A stretch of DNA of 64,000 bases, taken from assembly GCA_034430395.1 (NCBI GenBank), contig DAOUEQ010000052.1, positions 17,896 to 81,895 on the forward strand, written 5' to 3'. Position numbers and translations under genes: made by a program. Below the pieces are notes generated by a model. It searched no databases, had not been told where the DNA came from, and saw only the letters and a list, made by a program, of their open reading frames with translations. Below, piece by piece: positions 30,413 through 39,945 of this stretch (its first letter is position 1; each line of letters opens with the position of its first letter). This DNA is from Anaerolineales bacterium. GTDB taxonomy: Bacteria; Chloroflexota; Anaerolineae; Anaerolineales; E44-bin32.

Positions 30413-30886
30413 AGACGGCGCGCCTTAATCCATCGCGGTATGTTGAATACTGCTGTCATTCGAACGCTTGTTGAGCGATACTTAAATTGGAATTTAGCCC
30501 AATGATTTCGATCGCCGCTCATAAGCCATGGAGAAAGTCAATACGCCTATCGTTCACTTTCTCCAGACTGGCCCGAATTCGTGTTTTGCGAATCTCATGA
30601 TCCATCGTTTATCAGGAGGAAATCAAGCGCCTTACACCACCAAAGAAATGGGTTTTCTGGACGTCTTTTATACTCATCGCCCTAGGTCTCATCGGTAAAT
30701 TCGCCAGCATCCCCTTCCTCGCGGACTATGCCTACTGGTTCATCGTGGTTGGCTACGTCTTGCTCGCTGCAGGCAACTACCTCAAAGGTTTCTAAACCCA
30801 ACGATTTATTTAACTGCTTCGCTACGCGAAATCGGGCAAAAGAACACTCTGCTGAGACGAAGAGGTTCTTCTATCTGCCCCGAATT

Positions 30887-33427
30887 TTATCCCCCCGGCA
30901 CGAGTGCCTCCAGCAATCTCACGGTCAGGACCTTCACCTCTCCTCCACCCGGAGCGACCGGTCCAACACAGGCTGGGCATCCATCTTGACAACGGCAGCT
31001 GCGTACAAGATCGAGTGCTCCGTCCAGCAATTCATCATGCATTTCATAAAGCCTCTCCGCCAAACCAAGACCTTCCGGAATCCGATCGTAGAGCGTGATG
31101 GTCGGTGCCTTGGTCTGTTTATCGCGCACAGCGGTAAGCACCCCCAGGTCGCGCGGATCACTCATTAAATAGAGTGGCGCAATATTGCGCAGGGTGTGGG
31201 CCAACCCGCCCAATGCGCTGTGCTTACCGCGCGCAGATTCTACTCGTTGATGACAGGTCGAACAGAGTGTGATCAGATTGTCGATTTGATTCGCCAGGCG
31301 GTCATTCCTGTTTTCGCCGGGGATGAAATTAAACTCGCGGAAGGGTCGGATGTGGTGGACGTCATGTTTCCTCCCTGCACGTTCTGGTGCGTTACACTGC
31401 CGACACTGATAGCCGTCCCGCATCCGAGCTGCTTTCCGGGCGCTCGCCCAACTAGGGCCGTAATCCTGCGGCGGGAGAAGTACGCCTTCCGCCTCCATCT
31501 GATCGACTGTCTCCGGTGCAATCCACACCCAGTAAGCACTCGTCTCAAACTCACGCGGCGGTAAATCGATTACGCCATACCCTAGAGTCTCATGAGTGTA
31601 GCGTTTGACTTTTCGATAGGAGATGGCCTGGGCTGTGACGCGTACCCAGCCGTGGGCACGGCGAGCAGCTTTGTTTTCATCGGCCTCATAAATTTCTAGC
31701 ACGTCCAGGTCGACCGTCTCTGCGGAATCCGTATAGTAGTCAACCGAGGCTGGCTCAACCTCCGCGATGGCTTTTTCCCACTGAAGATTCCGAACGAGGT
31801 ACGTGCGCCCCTCATGAATGTAAACCGCTCCCTCGTGGATAAGAATCGGGGCTGTCGCAGAATCTACCTCGCCGATGACGATCGGTCGTCCGCTGCCCAC
31901 ATCCTGGATCACCACTGTTTCATCGCTGCTTGCGCGCAGCGAAACCCCTTCCGCTGGATAGGTATCAGCCACCCAGTGATAGCGCCCATTCGACCGATGC
32001 AAGTCACCTTCTTCGGCTAGAAAAACAAGAAGCGCCGATACATCCTTTACAGAACCGAACCCCTCGTCGGTTTCGAAAGGTAGCTCGAAGGCGGCACAGC
32101 GCAGATGGCGCAGCAGGATCGCCAGGTTATCGGGATTGATCAACCCCATTTCAGGCGAACGCTCAAATAAGTAGAACGGGTGGGTGGCGACGAATTGATC
32201 GAGCGGGGCGGCGGAAGCTACCAGCACTGCAGCCGATACCTCGCTACGCCGTCCGGCGCGCCCCATCTGCTGCCAAAGGCTTGCGATGGTACCCGGGTAA
32301 CCGGCGACGACGGCAGCTCCCAACTGACCTATATCGACACCCAACTCCAGTGCATTCGTCGCCACTACTCCAAGCACCTTGCCGTTCCGCAGCCCTCGTT
32401 CAATTTCCCTGCGCTCGAGAGGCAGATACCCGCCCCTATAGCCGCGTATCTCAATTGGGTCGCCGCCCAACTGCTCATATGAATCTCGTAAATACCCAAG
32501 TAGCAATTCAGTGGTCATACGCGCCCGAGCGAACACAGCTGTCTGCACTTTTTCCTTGAGAAACGACTCGGCGACACGCGTTGATTCAAGCGTATATGCC
32601 CGACGAATCCCAAGCGTGGGATCGATGACGGGCGGGTTATAAATCACGATGTGCTTCTCGGATCTCGGCGATCCATCCCGATCCTGCGATACCAAAGTCA
32701 CCGGCACTTCAATAAGGCGTTCAGCAAGTTCTTTCGGGTTGGCGATGGTGGCAGAGGTGAGTATGAATACAGGGTCAGACCCATAGAACTGACACACACG
32801 ACGCAAGCGCCGCAGAAGATTAGCGACGTTCGATCCGAAGATGCCCCTGTAAACATGCAGCTCATCGATCACGACCCAGCGCAGATTCTCGAACAATGCA
32901 GCCCAGCGCGGATGGTGAGGCAAGATGCCTGCGTGGAGCATGTCGGGGTTCGTGATTAAAACCCGAACATCATCGCGAATAGCGCGGCGGCGCGCGCGCG
33001 GTGTGTCGCCATCATAGGTCCGTACAGGGATCTGCTCGGCAGCGTTCAACACATCGAGGAAAATATTTAAGCTAGCCGATTGATCCTGAGAGAGGGCTTT
33101 CGTGGGAAAGAGATACATCGCGCGTGCTTCTGGGTCAGCAAGCAGCGTCTGCAGCACCGGCAAGTTGTAGCAAAGCGTCTTACCGGATGCTGTCCCGGTC
33201 ACAACGACAACATTCTCCCCCCTCAAGGCAGCTTCAACGGCTACAGCCTGATGCGAATAAAGTGGCGCCATATCCTTTCGCCGCAACGCATCAATCAATC
33301 GCGGGAATAGCTGCGCAGGAAATTCTCCATAGCGCGCCGGTCTCGCCGGGATCCGCTCCCATGCCGACACATTTTTCATAAATATAGGATCAAGACGGAG
33401 CCGTTCTAAGGCTTCTTCTATGGGCAT
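30887..33427 (-). CDS. DEAD/DEAH-box helicase of the MrfA/YprA type with an HNH motif inserted before the C-terminal DUF1998 zinc module
   Basis: Motif I TGTASGKT, DELH, SAT, QQMGRAGRR. HNH is CRQC...HDVHHI...NLITLCSTCH. DUF1998-like C-terminus is CRCQDGCPAC. Confidence 0.85.
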   Translation of the reverse strand: MPIEEALERLRLDPIFMKNVSAWERIPARPARYGEFPAQLFPRLIDALRRKDMAPLYSHQAVAVEAALRGENVVVVTGTASGKTLCYNLPVLQTLLADPEARAMYLFPTKALSQDQSASLNIFLDVLNAAEQIPVRTYDGDTPRARRRAIRDDVRVLITNPDMLHAGILPHHPRWAALFENLRWVVIDELHVYRGIFGSNVANLLRRLRRVCQFYGSDPVFILTSATIANPKELAERLIEVPVTLVSQDRDGSPRSEKHIVIYNPPVIDPTLGIRRAYTLESTRVAESFLKEKVQTAVFARARMTTELLLGYLRDSYEQLGGDPIEIRGYRGGYLPLERREIERGLRNGKVLGVVATNALELGVDIGQLGAAVVAGYPGTIASLWQQMGRAGRRSEVSAAVLVASAAPLDQFVATHPFYLFERSPEMGLINPDNLAILLRHLRCAAFELPFETDEGFGSVKDVSALLVFLAEEGDLHRSNGRYHWVADTYPAEGVSLRASSDETVVIQDVGSGRPIVIGEVDSATAPILIHEGAVYIHEGRTYLVRNLQWEKAIAEVEPASVDYYTDSAETVDLDVLEIYEADENKAARRAHGWVRVTAQAISYRKVKRYTHETLGYGVIDLPPREFETSAYWVWIAPETVDQMEAEGVLLPPQDYGPSWASARKAARMRDGYQCRQCNAPERAGRKHDVHHIRPFREFNFIPGENRNDRLANQIDNLITLCSTCHQRVESARGKHSALGGLAHTLRNIAPLYLMSDPRDLGVLTAVRDKQTKAPTITLYDRIPEGLGLAERLYEMHDELLDGALDLVRSCRCQDGCPACVGPVAPGGGEVKVLTVRLLEALVPGG

Positions 33428-33564
33428 CGCCTGGGATTATACATAAACTATTCCTCGGGGTAGAGCATTGACAAAGGGGATACCCCACAGAATTTGACTC
33501 CCGCTGTTTTCCCGCGGAAGCTTCCGGCGCACGGTTTAGTTACGTAGCGTTGGGTTCAAGGCGG

Positions 33565-34239
33565 CTAGAGGATATCTACGAAAACCTGCTGTGTGATCTT
33601 CCTCCCCAATACTACCGGCGCAGGCTGACCGTTGACCTGAATCTTCAGATTCTCGTCGAAAGGAGAGTACTCAAGGATTGAGACCTTTATCTCCGGCTTT
33701 AAACCCAATCCTCCAAGGTGTCGTAAAAGATCAGGGTCGGAATCATGCACTCTCATAACCATCGCGTGTTGATCCGGGCGCAAATCACTCAAGCGCGTGT
33801 CACATGCTGGAGGGATTTTGAGATCGCGTGAGGGGATGGGATCCCCGTGCGGGTCATGAGTGGGATCACCCAACACCCTGGCGATCCGCTCCTCAAAGTT
33901 TTCAGAGATTACATGCTCCAGTCGTTCCGCCTCATCATGCACTTCTTCCCATGGATAATCAAGTACCTCGTGCAAGAACATCTCTATCAAGCGATGGTGG
34001 CGGACGATCTCCAGCGCTACGCGTTTTCCCTCCGGGGTCAGAGAGACACCATGGTGTTTCTGATAATCAACCCAGGAGGGATCGGCGCTCGCCAGTCTCT
34101 GCACCATCCCGGTGACGGAGGCTGGAGTGACGCCCAAAAGAATGGCTAGGTCCGTCGTCGTAGCCCGCCCACCCGTGGCTGTTAACTTATAGATGGCTTT
34201 AAGATAGTCCTCGATCGCGTGCGTTAGCTGCTCGCGCAT
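33565..34239 (-). CDS. DtxR/IdeR-family metal-dependent regulator with C-terminal FeoA/SH3-like domain
   Basis: IEDYLKAIY, SVTGMVQRL, HRLIE.FL, HDPHGDPIP. Confidence 0.85.
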   Translation of the reverse strand: MREQLTHAIEDYLKAIYKLTATGGRATTTDLAILLGVTPASVTGMVQRLASADPSWVDYQKHHGVSLTPEGKRVALEIVRHHRLIEMFLHEVLDYPWEEVHDEAERLEHVISENFEERIARVLGDPTHDPHGDPIPSRDLKIPPACDTRLSDLRPDQHAMVMRVHDSDPDLLRHLGGLGLKPEIKVSILEYSPFDENLKIQVNGQPAPVVLGRKITQQVFVDIL

Positions 34240-34314
34240 TGGTTAGCTCCAATTGTCAGTGTCGCGCCTGGAATCAACTTATACGCGACACAGTCAGCCA
34301 CGCCAGAATCAAGC

Positions 34315-35754
34315 TCACAGAAAACCAGCTGCAACCCGCCATATCTGAGCCACAAAGAATGTCATTAACACACCCAATACAACTGGCATAATCGTCGCCA
34401 CGGTTGTCCATTTTAAGCTTCCGGTTTCCTTGTAGATCGTGTAGATCGCCGTACTGCACGGATTGTGCACCAGGCTGAACAACATCACATTAACCGCCGT
34501 AAGCAACGTCCAGCCTCCAGTATGAAGCAAAGCCAATGTGCTGGCATTAGAATCAAGCTCAAACATAACCCCTGTACCAGCATCAAAACCCTCGGCGCCG
34601 GTCATCAAAACAGTCAACATCAAGATCGTTGGAATGACGATTTCATTCGCTGGGATAGCTACAACATAAGCCAGTAAAATCACCCCATTCAATCCAAGGA
34701 GGATGCCTACCGGGTCAAGGAAGTGAACGAGATGCTCGGCAATGGTCACTCCGCTAATGGTGATATTCGCGCTCAACCAGATAACAGCCCCCGCCGGCAA
34801 CGCAAAGACGATTGCGCGCCATAACACATAGATGGTGCGATCTATAAGCGATGTATAAATCGTCTGCATGATACGCGGTGGTCGGTAAGGCGGAAGCTCC
34901 ATGCTGAAGCTGGACGGCTCCCCGCGGAGCATCGTGCGCGAGAGAATGAAGTTTACAAGGAAGGTCAACAAGACCCCCAAAACAGCTATCCCCACAACTG
35001 CGAGGGAGGAGATAATCCCGGCGAGATGAGCAGGAACCAACGCTCCGATAAAGATTGTCGCTAAGAGAATCTGGGTCGGCCAACGGCCGTTGCACAGTGC
35101 GAAGTTATTGGTGATGATGGCGATAAGTCGTTCACGCGGACTATCGATAATACGCGTGGCGATCACGCCGGCGGCGTTACACCCGAAGCCCATCATCATA
35201 CTGAGCGCCTGTTTGCCATGTGCGCCTGATTTCTTAAAGGCGTTGTCCAAGTTGAAGGCAACACGCGGTAAGTACCCGAAGTCCTCTAATAGTGTGAAAA
35301 GCGGGAAGAAGATCGCCATCGGCGGTAACATTACGCTGATAACCCAAGCTGTTGCTAGATACATCCCGTCAATCAACAGCCCCTTCAACCAGAGCGGGAA
35401 GCCTAATGAGAGGGCGAGTTCAGACAACCATGGGTGCCCTTTTCCAAGTAACAGAGAGGCAAGCCAACCAGAGGGAACATTCGCCCCGGTGATGGTGATC
35501 CAGAAGACGAGGGCGAAAAGCAGGATCATGACCGGGAAACCCCAGAACCTGTGAGTCACAATCTTGTCGATCGTCCGGTCAAGATCAAACTTCGGAGTCT
35601 CGTCGGAGCGGCTCACCGCCCGATCGGCAATGCTCGCCGCGTCGGTGTAAATGGCCTCGGTGAGAGCTTCGTGCACGTTGCTGCCCACCTCCCAGCGGAG
35701 CGCCCGGGCAGACTTTAAAAGTTTCTCGGAGGATCTCGATCTCTCGTCTCTCAC
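34315..35754 (-). CDS. feoB: ferrous iron transporter FeoB, membrane (gate/nucleoside-recognition) part, locus 1
   Basis: Polytopic 479 aa with FeoB core motifs (GFPV..LLF, YLPRVAF..D, GFGCN..G). Overlaps the upstream G-domain gene by 4 nt. Confidence 0.85.
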   Translation of the reverse strand: MRDERSRSSEKLLKSARALRWEVGSNVHEALTEAIYTDAASIADRAVSRSDETPKFDLDRTIDKIVTHRFWGFPVMILLFALVFWITITGANVPSGWLASLLLGKGHPWLSELALSLGFPLWLKGLLIDGMYLATAWVISVMLPPMAIFFPLFTLLEDFGYLPRVAFNLDNAFKKSGAHGKQALSMMMGFGCNAAGVIATRIIDSPRERLIAIITNNFALCNGRWPTQILLATIFIGALVPAHLAGIISSLAVVGIAVLGVLLTFLVNFILSRTMLRGEPSSFSMELPPYRPPRIMQTIYTSLIDRTIYVLWRAIVFALPAGAVIWLSANITISGVTIAEHLVHFLDPVGILLGLNGVILLAYVVAIPANEIVIPTILMLTVLMTGAEGFDAGTGVMFELDSNASTLALLHTGGWTLLTAVNVMLFSLVHNPCSTAIYTIYKETGSLKWTTVATIMPVVLGVLMTFFVAQIWRVAAGFL

Positions 35755-36602
35755 GATAGTGCCCCCTGTTTCCGCCCCATCTCCGCGCTCGAGATCTCAT
35801 TATCCGTTTGTCTTAAGCTGCCCAATTCGCCTTTGTTAATAGCCTCAATAATTCGTTCATCTCCATCGAGGAGACGCATCGCCACCCAACGGGGGTTTGG
35901 CAGATCTGGATAGACCGCTCTCACTTCTTTGGTTAAAGTTTTGATAGAATTCTCCATGGCGCGCGAGAGCGCCTGGATTCTGTGCGGGTGGTAGGCGAAC
36001 CTACCAGAGGCGACTTCACTGATTGTTGCGACCAATTCGTCCATTCCCTTGCCATAACGCGCCGATGTGGGCACAACAGGAACACCCAGATCGCGCGCAA
36101 GTCGACGTTCATCCACTTCCAACCCGTGGCGGTGAGCCTCATCTATCAAATTTAAACAGATGACAGCCCGATCGGTGATTTCCAATACCTGGATCACCAG
36201 ATTCAGATTCCGCTCTAATCGAGTTGCGTCTACAACTACTACGGTGACATCCGGTTGACCAAAGAGGATGAAATCTCGGGCGATCTCCTCATCGAGCGAT
36301 GTCGATAAAAGCGAATATGTGCCGGGAAGATCCACTAATTTGAAGCGCTGATCGGCGAACTCAAAGCCACCCTCGGCCCGTGTGACGGTCTTCCCGGGCC
36401 AATTGCCTGTGTGCTGGTGCAGGCCCGTGAGGGCGTTAAACACGGTGCTTTTCCCGGTATTGGGATTACCCGCAAGTGCGACGACATAATCCCAATCCTG
36501 CATGTCGACGCCCAGCTTTAATAGGTTCGCGGCGTTATGCACGGGGCAGGTTGCACATTCACTCATTGGAGCCTTCGTTCCTTTATCTACCATCTCACTC
36601 AC
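35751..36602 (-). CDS. feoB: FeoB N-terminal GTPase plus helical domain as a separate polypeptide, locus 1
   Basis: G1 [10 protein letters not shown]3 DLPG, G4 NLID, then a helical segment ([13 protein letters not shown]). N-terminal extension of about 40 aa with CATC. GTG at 36602 or ATG at 36593 after GAGGAG. Confidence 0.85.
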   Translation of the reverse strand: MSEMVDKGTKAPMSECATCPVHNAANLLKLGVDMQDWDYVVALAGNPNTGKSTVFNALTGLHQHTGNWPGKTVTRAEGGFEFADQRFKLVDLPGTYSLLSTSLDEEIARDFILFGQPDVTVVVVDATRLERNLNLVIQVLEITDRAVICLNLIDEAHRHGLEVDERRLARDLGVPVVPTSARYGKGMDELVATISEVASGRFAYHPHRIQALSRAMENSIKTLTKEVRAVYPDLPNPRWVAMRLLDGDERIIEAINKGELGSLRQTDNEISSAEMGRKQGALS

Positions 36603-36605
36603 TCC

Positions 36606-37616
36606 TCACTCAACCAAGATACGCTTAGCCTGGTCTTCCCGCAGCGCGATCAGTGCACCTCGTATCCGATAGGCTTTCGGATCTCCACCTGGACCAATCA
36701 ACTCGACGCCCACTTTGGTTCCCGGCAGCAGACCCAAATCGAGCAAACGCTGACGATCCAGGCCGCGACATGCTGGTGAAATCGATAGCACTACGGCTGT
36801 TTCGCCGGACTGTATATGGCTCAACGGCTTTCCGATGGGTTCCTCCGCCTCCACATCAGGAAGAGGCAAGACAGAGATATTTGCGGCCACCACAGGAGCC
36901 AGGGTATGCTCGTCGCCTCCGGCCCAGAAGCGCAACCGTTCGGGCGTCCGCTCGACGAGCCGCAGAAGCATACCTGGATGCAAACCTTCCGCGACGAGCT
37001 GTGCGTAGACTACGTCCGGCTCGTCCTCAAGATGGACGATGCGCAGGGGGATGTCAACCTCGGCTGCAGTGAGCGGCGCACCACCATGATGGACAATTTC
37101 TCCATCCGCTGCGGGTATGGGATCCCCATGTGGATCATGTGTGGGGTATCCTAGTTTCGCCGAGAGCGTTTCAACCTCAGAGGGTGTTAGTTCGTGTTCA
37201 TACCGCTCGGCGAGATCATGCCATTCTTGTTCGCTGTATCCTGTCTTGTCTGCCAGGTATCGTTCCCACATGCGATGTGCACGTAAAGTATGCAGCGCCG
37301 ACTCACGACCCGCAGGTGTCAAGCGGATACCACCGTTGCTTATTTGAGCCAGATTATGCTCCTCAAGCTCAGATAACGTCGCTGACGCCTTGTTGAGGTT
37401 GACTCCTAGCGCGCCGGCAATGCTTTGAATCGATGCCACTGACCCGCCCATCTCACAATTGTGGATGTGTTTCAACGCATCCTCGCGGCGGATGTGGGCG
37501 GTCATCCAACGTCCCTGCTGCCAACGCGCATAAAGTCCGTTCGCCGGCCAAAAAACCCACAGCGCTATAAACAACAAACCAACGCCAATTATCAATGTTA
37601 TTAACGAATCACTCAT
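36606..37616 (-). CDS. membrane-anchored DtxR-like regulator fused to two FeoA-type domains
   Basis: TM LITLIIGVGLLFIALWVFW, DtxR-like core (HRMWERYL, HDPHGDPIP), then two SH3/FeoA-like segments. The last is GETAVVLSI......RLLDLGLLPGTKV. Confidence 0.65.
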   Translation of the reverse strand: MSDSLITLIIGVGLLFIALWVFWPANGLYARWQQGRWMTAHIRREDALKHIHNCEMGGSVASIQSIAGALGVNLNKASATLSELEEHNLAQISNGGIRLTPAGRESALHTLRAHRMWERYLADKTGYSEQEWHDLAERYEHELTPSEVETLSAKLGYPTHDPHGDPIPAADGEIVHHGGAPLTAAEVDIPLRIVHLEDEPDVVYAQLVAEGLHPGMLLRLVERTPERLRFWAGGDEHTLAPVVAANISVLPLPDVEAEEPIGKPLSHIQSGETAVVLSISPACRGLDRQRLLDLGLLPGTKVGVELIGPGGDPKAYRIRGALIALREDQAKRILVE

Positions 37617-37774
37617 GCCGTTCTCGTCCCCTTTCGGAATACATGCTCTGCTTCATGATCGACTCCTGTAAGAACTCCTCAGTGTTGCTTAACGCCATGG
37701 TGACCCTGCGGAGATTCTCTACATGGCGAAGCGGATCTACCAATGCGGAAATTAAGTATGGCCTTATTATAATA

Positions 37775-37793
37775 TTAGTTTAGACTAAATTTC
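37775..37793. promoter_or_regulatory. candidate DtxR/IdeR-type iron box TTAGTTTAGACTAAATTTC
   Basis: 13/19 match to the consensus TTAGGTTAGGCTAACCTAA (recalled from memory). Inner perfect TTTAG-A-CTAAA palindrome. About 160 nt upstream of the regulator/feoB operon start. Confidence 0.3.
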
Positions 37794-37808
37794 AAGAGGG
37801 AAATGGGA

Positions 37809-38558
37809 TTACATAACGAACACGTTCTGAAAGAGCATCATCGCGATGAATCCACCCATTGCTGCCAGCGCGCTCGTTTGCCGCTGCACATCGCTGGCTA
37901 AGCTCTCGGGGATCATCTCGCTGAAGATGAGGAAGAACATCGCCCCTGCCGCGAAGCCAAAGGCGAAGGGAAGAATGGGCCGAAATGCAACCACGGCCAG
38001 GTAGGCCGGAATCACTGCTATCGGCTGAGGTAAGCTCGAGAATATCGACCAACCGACGCACTTCAATCCGCTGACCCCCTCAGCACTCAATGGCAGTGAT
38101 ACGGCAATCCCCTCGGGGATATTGTGTATTGCGATGGCGATGGCAATGATTACACCGAGGCGGGTTTGTCCGGATCCGAAAGCTACCCCTACCGCCAGGC
38201 CTTCAGGGAAGCTGTGGAAGAACATCGTCCCAAGAACCAGCGCGATGCGGTTCCCTCCCGCGCCGCTCACCCCGCTGATTGTGAAGTCGTGGTGCGCTAT
38301 CCGCCGCGAGGCCAGACCGAAGATCAGCGCTCCAATGAGCATGCCGGCAGCCACGATGTTGAATCCGCCATACTCGATCCCGGGGTAGATCAGGTTAAAA
38401 ACAGACGCGGCAAGCATCATCCCTCCGGCGGCGGCCCATGCCAGGTGAGCAAGCCGTGCAGGAAAGCGGCGCACAAAGACGAAGGGTAGACCGCCGAGAC
38501 CTGTCGCTAAAGCTGTAACCACTGCCGCCCAGAATGCATTTAATAGGGATGTCTCCAT
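37809..38558 (-). CDS. ZIP-family divalent metal transporter (ZupT-like)
   Basis: HSFPEGLAVG and IAIAIHNIPEGIAV signature helices; 249 aa. Confidence 0.85.
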   Translation of the reverse strand: METSLLNAFWAAVVTALATGLGGLPFVFVRRFPARLAHLAWAAAGGMMLAASVFNLIYPGIEYGGFNIVAAGMLIGALIFGLASRRIAHHDFTISGVSGAGGNRIALVLGTMFFHSFPEGLAVGVAFGSGQTRLGVIIAIAIAIHNIPEGIAVSLPLSAEGVSGLKCVGWSIFSSLPQPIAVIPAYLAVVAFRPILPFAFGFAAGAMFFLIFSEMIPESLASDVQRQTSALAAMGGFIAMMLFQNVFVM

Positions 38559-38864
38559 TTCAGTCCACCTGTTTTCATACCACTAGTGGAAATCCATTCA
38601 ATAGCCATTATTCCTCTTGATTTTATTCGCCGATTGAATTCTTATCAAGGAGGACGTAGATGCGCAGCAAAACAAAGTACACCTTCGTCTCAGAGTCTTA
38701 GGAGACAATGTTGTTAAGCTCAGCAATAAGATCCATAATCGTCTCAGCCAAAATTGCGGTTCGACGACAAACTACTACCTTGTATTATAGAGTGGAAGTC
38801 AATCTGCTTTGGCTGACAAGGAGCATCTCGATCGAAGGGGCTAATAGTCAATGAAGATCGTCCA

Positions 38865-39626
38865 TCAACGCAGTGACAGGCTGACCGGGCAATGGTCCGA
38901 GCCGAAGACATCTGGATGTATCTCGGCGGAGACAACCTTGTCTGAGAGATCCGCGCTGATGAAGAAGTAGTCCAGCCGCCAACCCACATTGCGCTCGCGC
39001 GCTCCTCCCCAATAAGCCCACCAGCTATACTCGGCACGCTCGGGGTGCTGCTCGCGGAAGGTGTCGATGTAGCCTTGTTCAACGACTGCATCGATCCACT
39101 CCCTCTCGATGGGGAGGAAGCCAGTTGATTTCAGATTCTGTTTGGGGCGGGCCAGGTCTATCTCACGATGAGCCGTGTTTATATCCCCACAGAATATTAC
39201 GCTGCGCCCTTCTTCTCGCAGTGTATTGCAGGTATCGAGCAGCGCTTTTTTATACTCCATTTTGAAAGCGACCCGACTATGGTCGCGGGATCCGTTCGGG
39301 ACATACGTTGTCAGCAAGATAAAATCATCGTAATCCGCCAGGATGGTTCGACCCTCGCAGTCGAATTCCTCGATCCCAAGACCCACCTGGACGCTCAGCG
39401 GTTCAATTCGTGTGTAGAGAGCAACCCCGCTATACCCCTTGCGCTCCGCCGATGCCCAATAAGAACGATATCCCTCCGGCTCGAGCAGTGCATGATCCAG
39501 TTGCTCAGGTTGGGCTTTTGTCTCCTGGACGCAAATCACATCCGGGCGAGTCGTGGTCACCCACTCCAAGAACCCCTTCCTCTGCGCCGCACGTATGCCA
39601 TTGACGTTCCAAGAAAACAAGTCCAT
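38865..39626 (-). CDS. xth: exodeoxyribonuclease III
   Basis: SWNVNGIRA, VICVQETK, GD.N.AH.EID, SDHCPV. Its ATG shares one nt with the feoC-like stop (TAATG). Confidence 0.9.
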   Translation of the reverse strand: MDLFSWNVNGIRAAQRKGFLEWVTTTRPDVICVQETKAQPEQLDHALLEPEGYRSYWASAERKGYSGVALYTRIEPLSVQVGLGIEEFDCEGRTILADYDDFILLTTYVPNGSRDHSRVAFKMEYKKALLDTCNTLREEGRSVIFCGDINTAHREIDLARPKQNLKSTGFLPIEREWIDAVVEQGYIDTFREQHPERAEYSWWAYWGGARERNVGWRLDYFFISADLSDKVVSAEIHPDVFGSDHCPVSLSLR

Positions 39627-39925
39627 TATGAACTATCTCGATCTCCTGCTTCCCAGCAAGTTCCATTTTCTGCCGGGAGCTCCCACCCTTCGTGCGGTAC
39701 AAGGCAAAATTGACGTCCTCCAAGCGGGAGAACAATACAAAGACCTTGTGCTGGGCATTGATCACAGGGTCCATCACGCCCCAGTTCCACCAACCGTCCA
39801 GAACTCACCAGCGTTTCAAGCATTCCCTCAATTACCTCGAGGTCCTTGCCAAACGTACTTGCCAGTTCACGGCTCGACAGAGGGCGTTGTTCGCGGTCAA
39901 ATTCCGCCAGGATTTTCGCCAGCAT
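39626..39925 (-). CDS. feoC: FeoC-like winged-helix protein with C-terminal Cys cluster
   Basis: LSSRELASTFGKDLEVIEGMLETLVSSGRL followed by CDQCPAQGLC; located directly after feoB. Confidence 0.55.
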   Translation of the reverse strand: MLAKILAEFDREQRPLSSRELASTFGKDLEVIEGMLETLVSSGRLVELGRDGPCDQCPAQGLCIVLPLGGRQFCLVPHEGWELPAENGTCWEAGDRDSS

Positions 39926-39945
39926 AGAAGTTCACTGTGCTCCGC

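Noticed and set aside
30604-30795. Small membrane-protein-like frame (...KKWVFWTSFILIALGLIGKFASIPFLADYAYWFIVVGYVLLAAGNYLKGF*) downstream of the RAM-domain gene.
   Set aside because: It looks protein-like, but there is no ATG/GTG/TTG between the upstream in-frame stop (30598-30600) and the first TM segment. The AGGAGG at 30614-30619 has no usable start 5-10 nt downstream. I cannot support it as a gene; it may be a decayed gene or use a rare start.
38660-38854. Plus-strand micro-ORFs in the ZIP/xth spacer: a 12-codon ORF after AAGGAGG (38660-38701) and a 48-codon ORF (38708-38854).
   Set aside because: They lie between two minus-strand genes. The second has only a 2-nt SD spacing and non-protein-like composition, and the first is too short to evaluate. 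Chance occurrence in an AT-rich promoter region is the more likely explanation.
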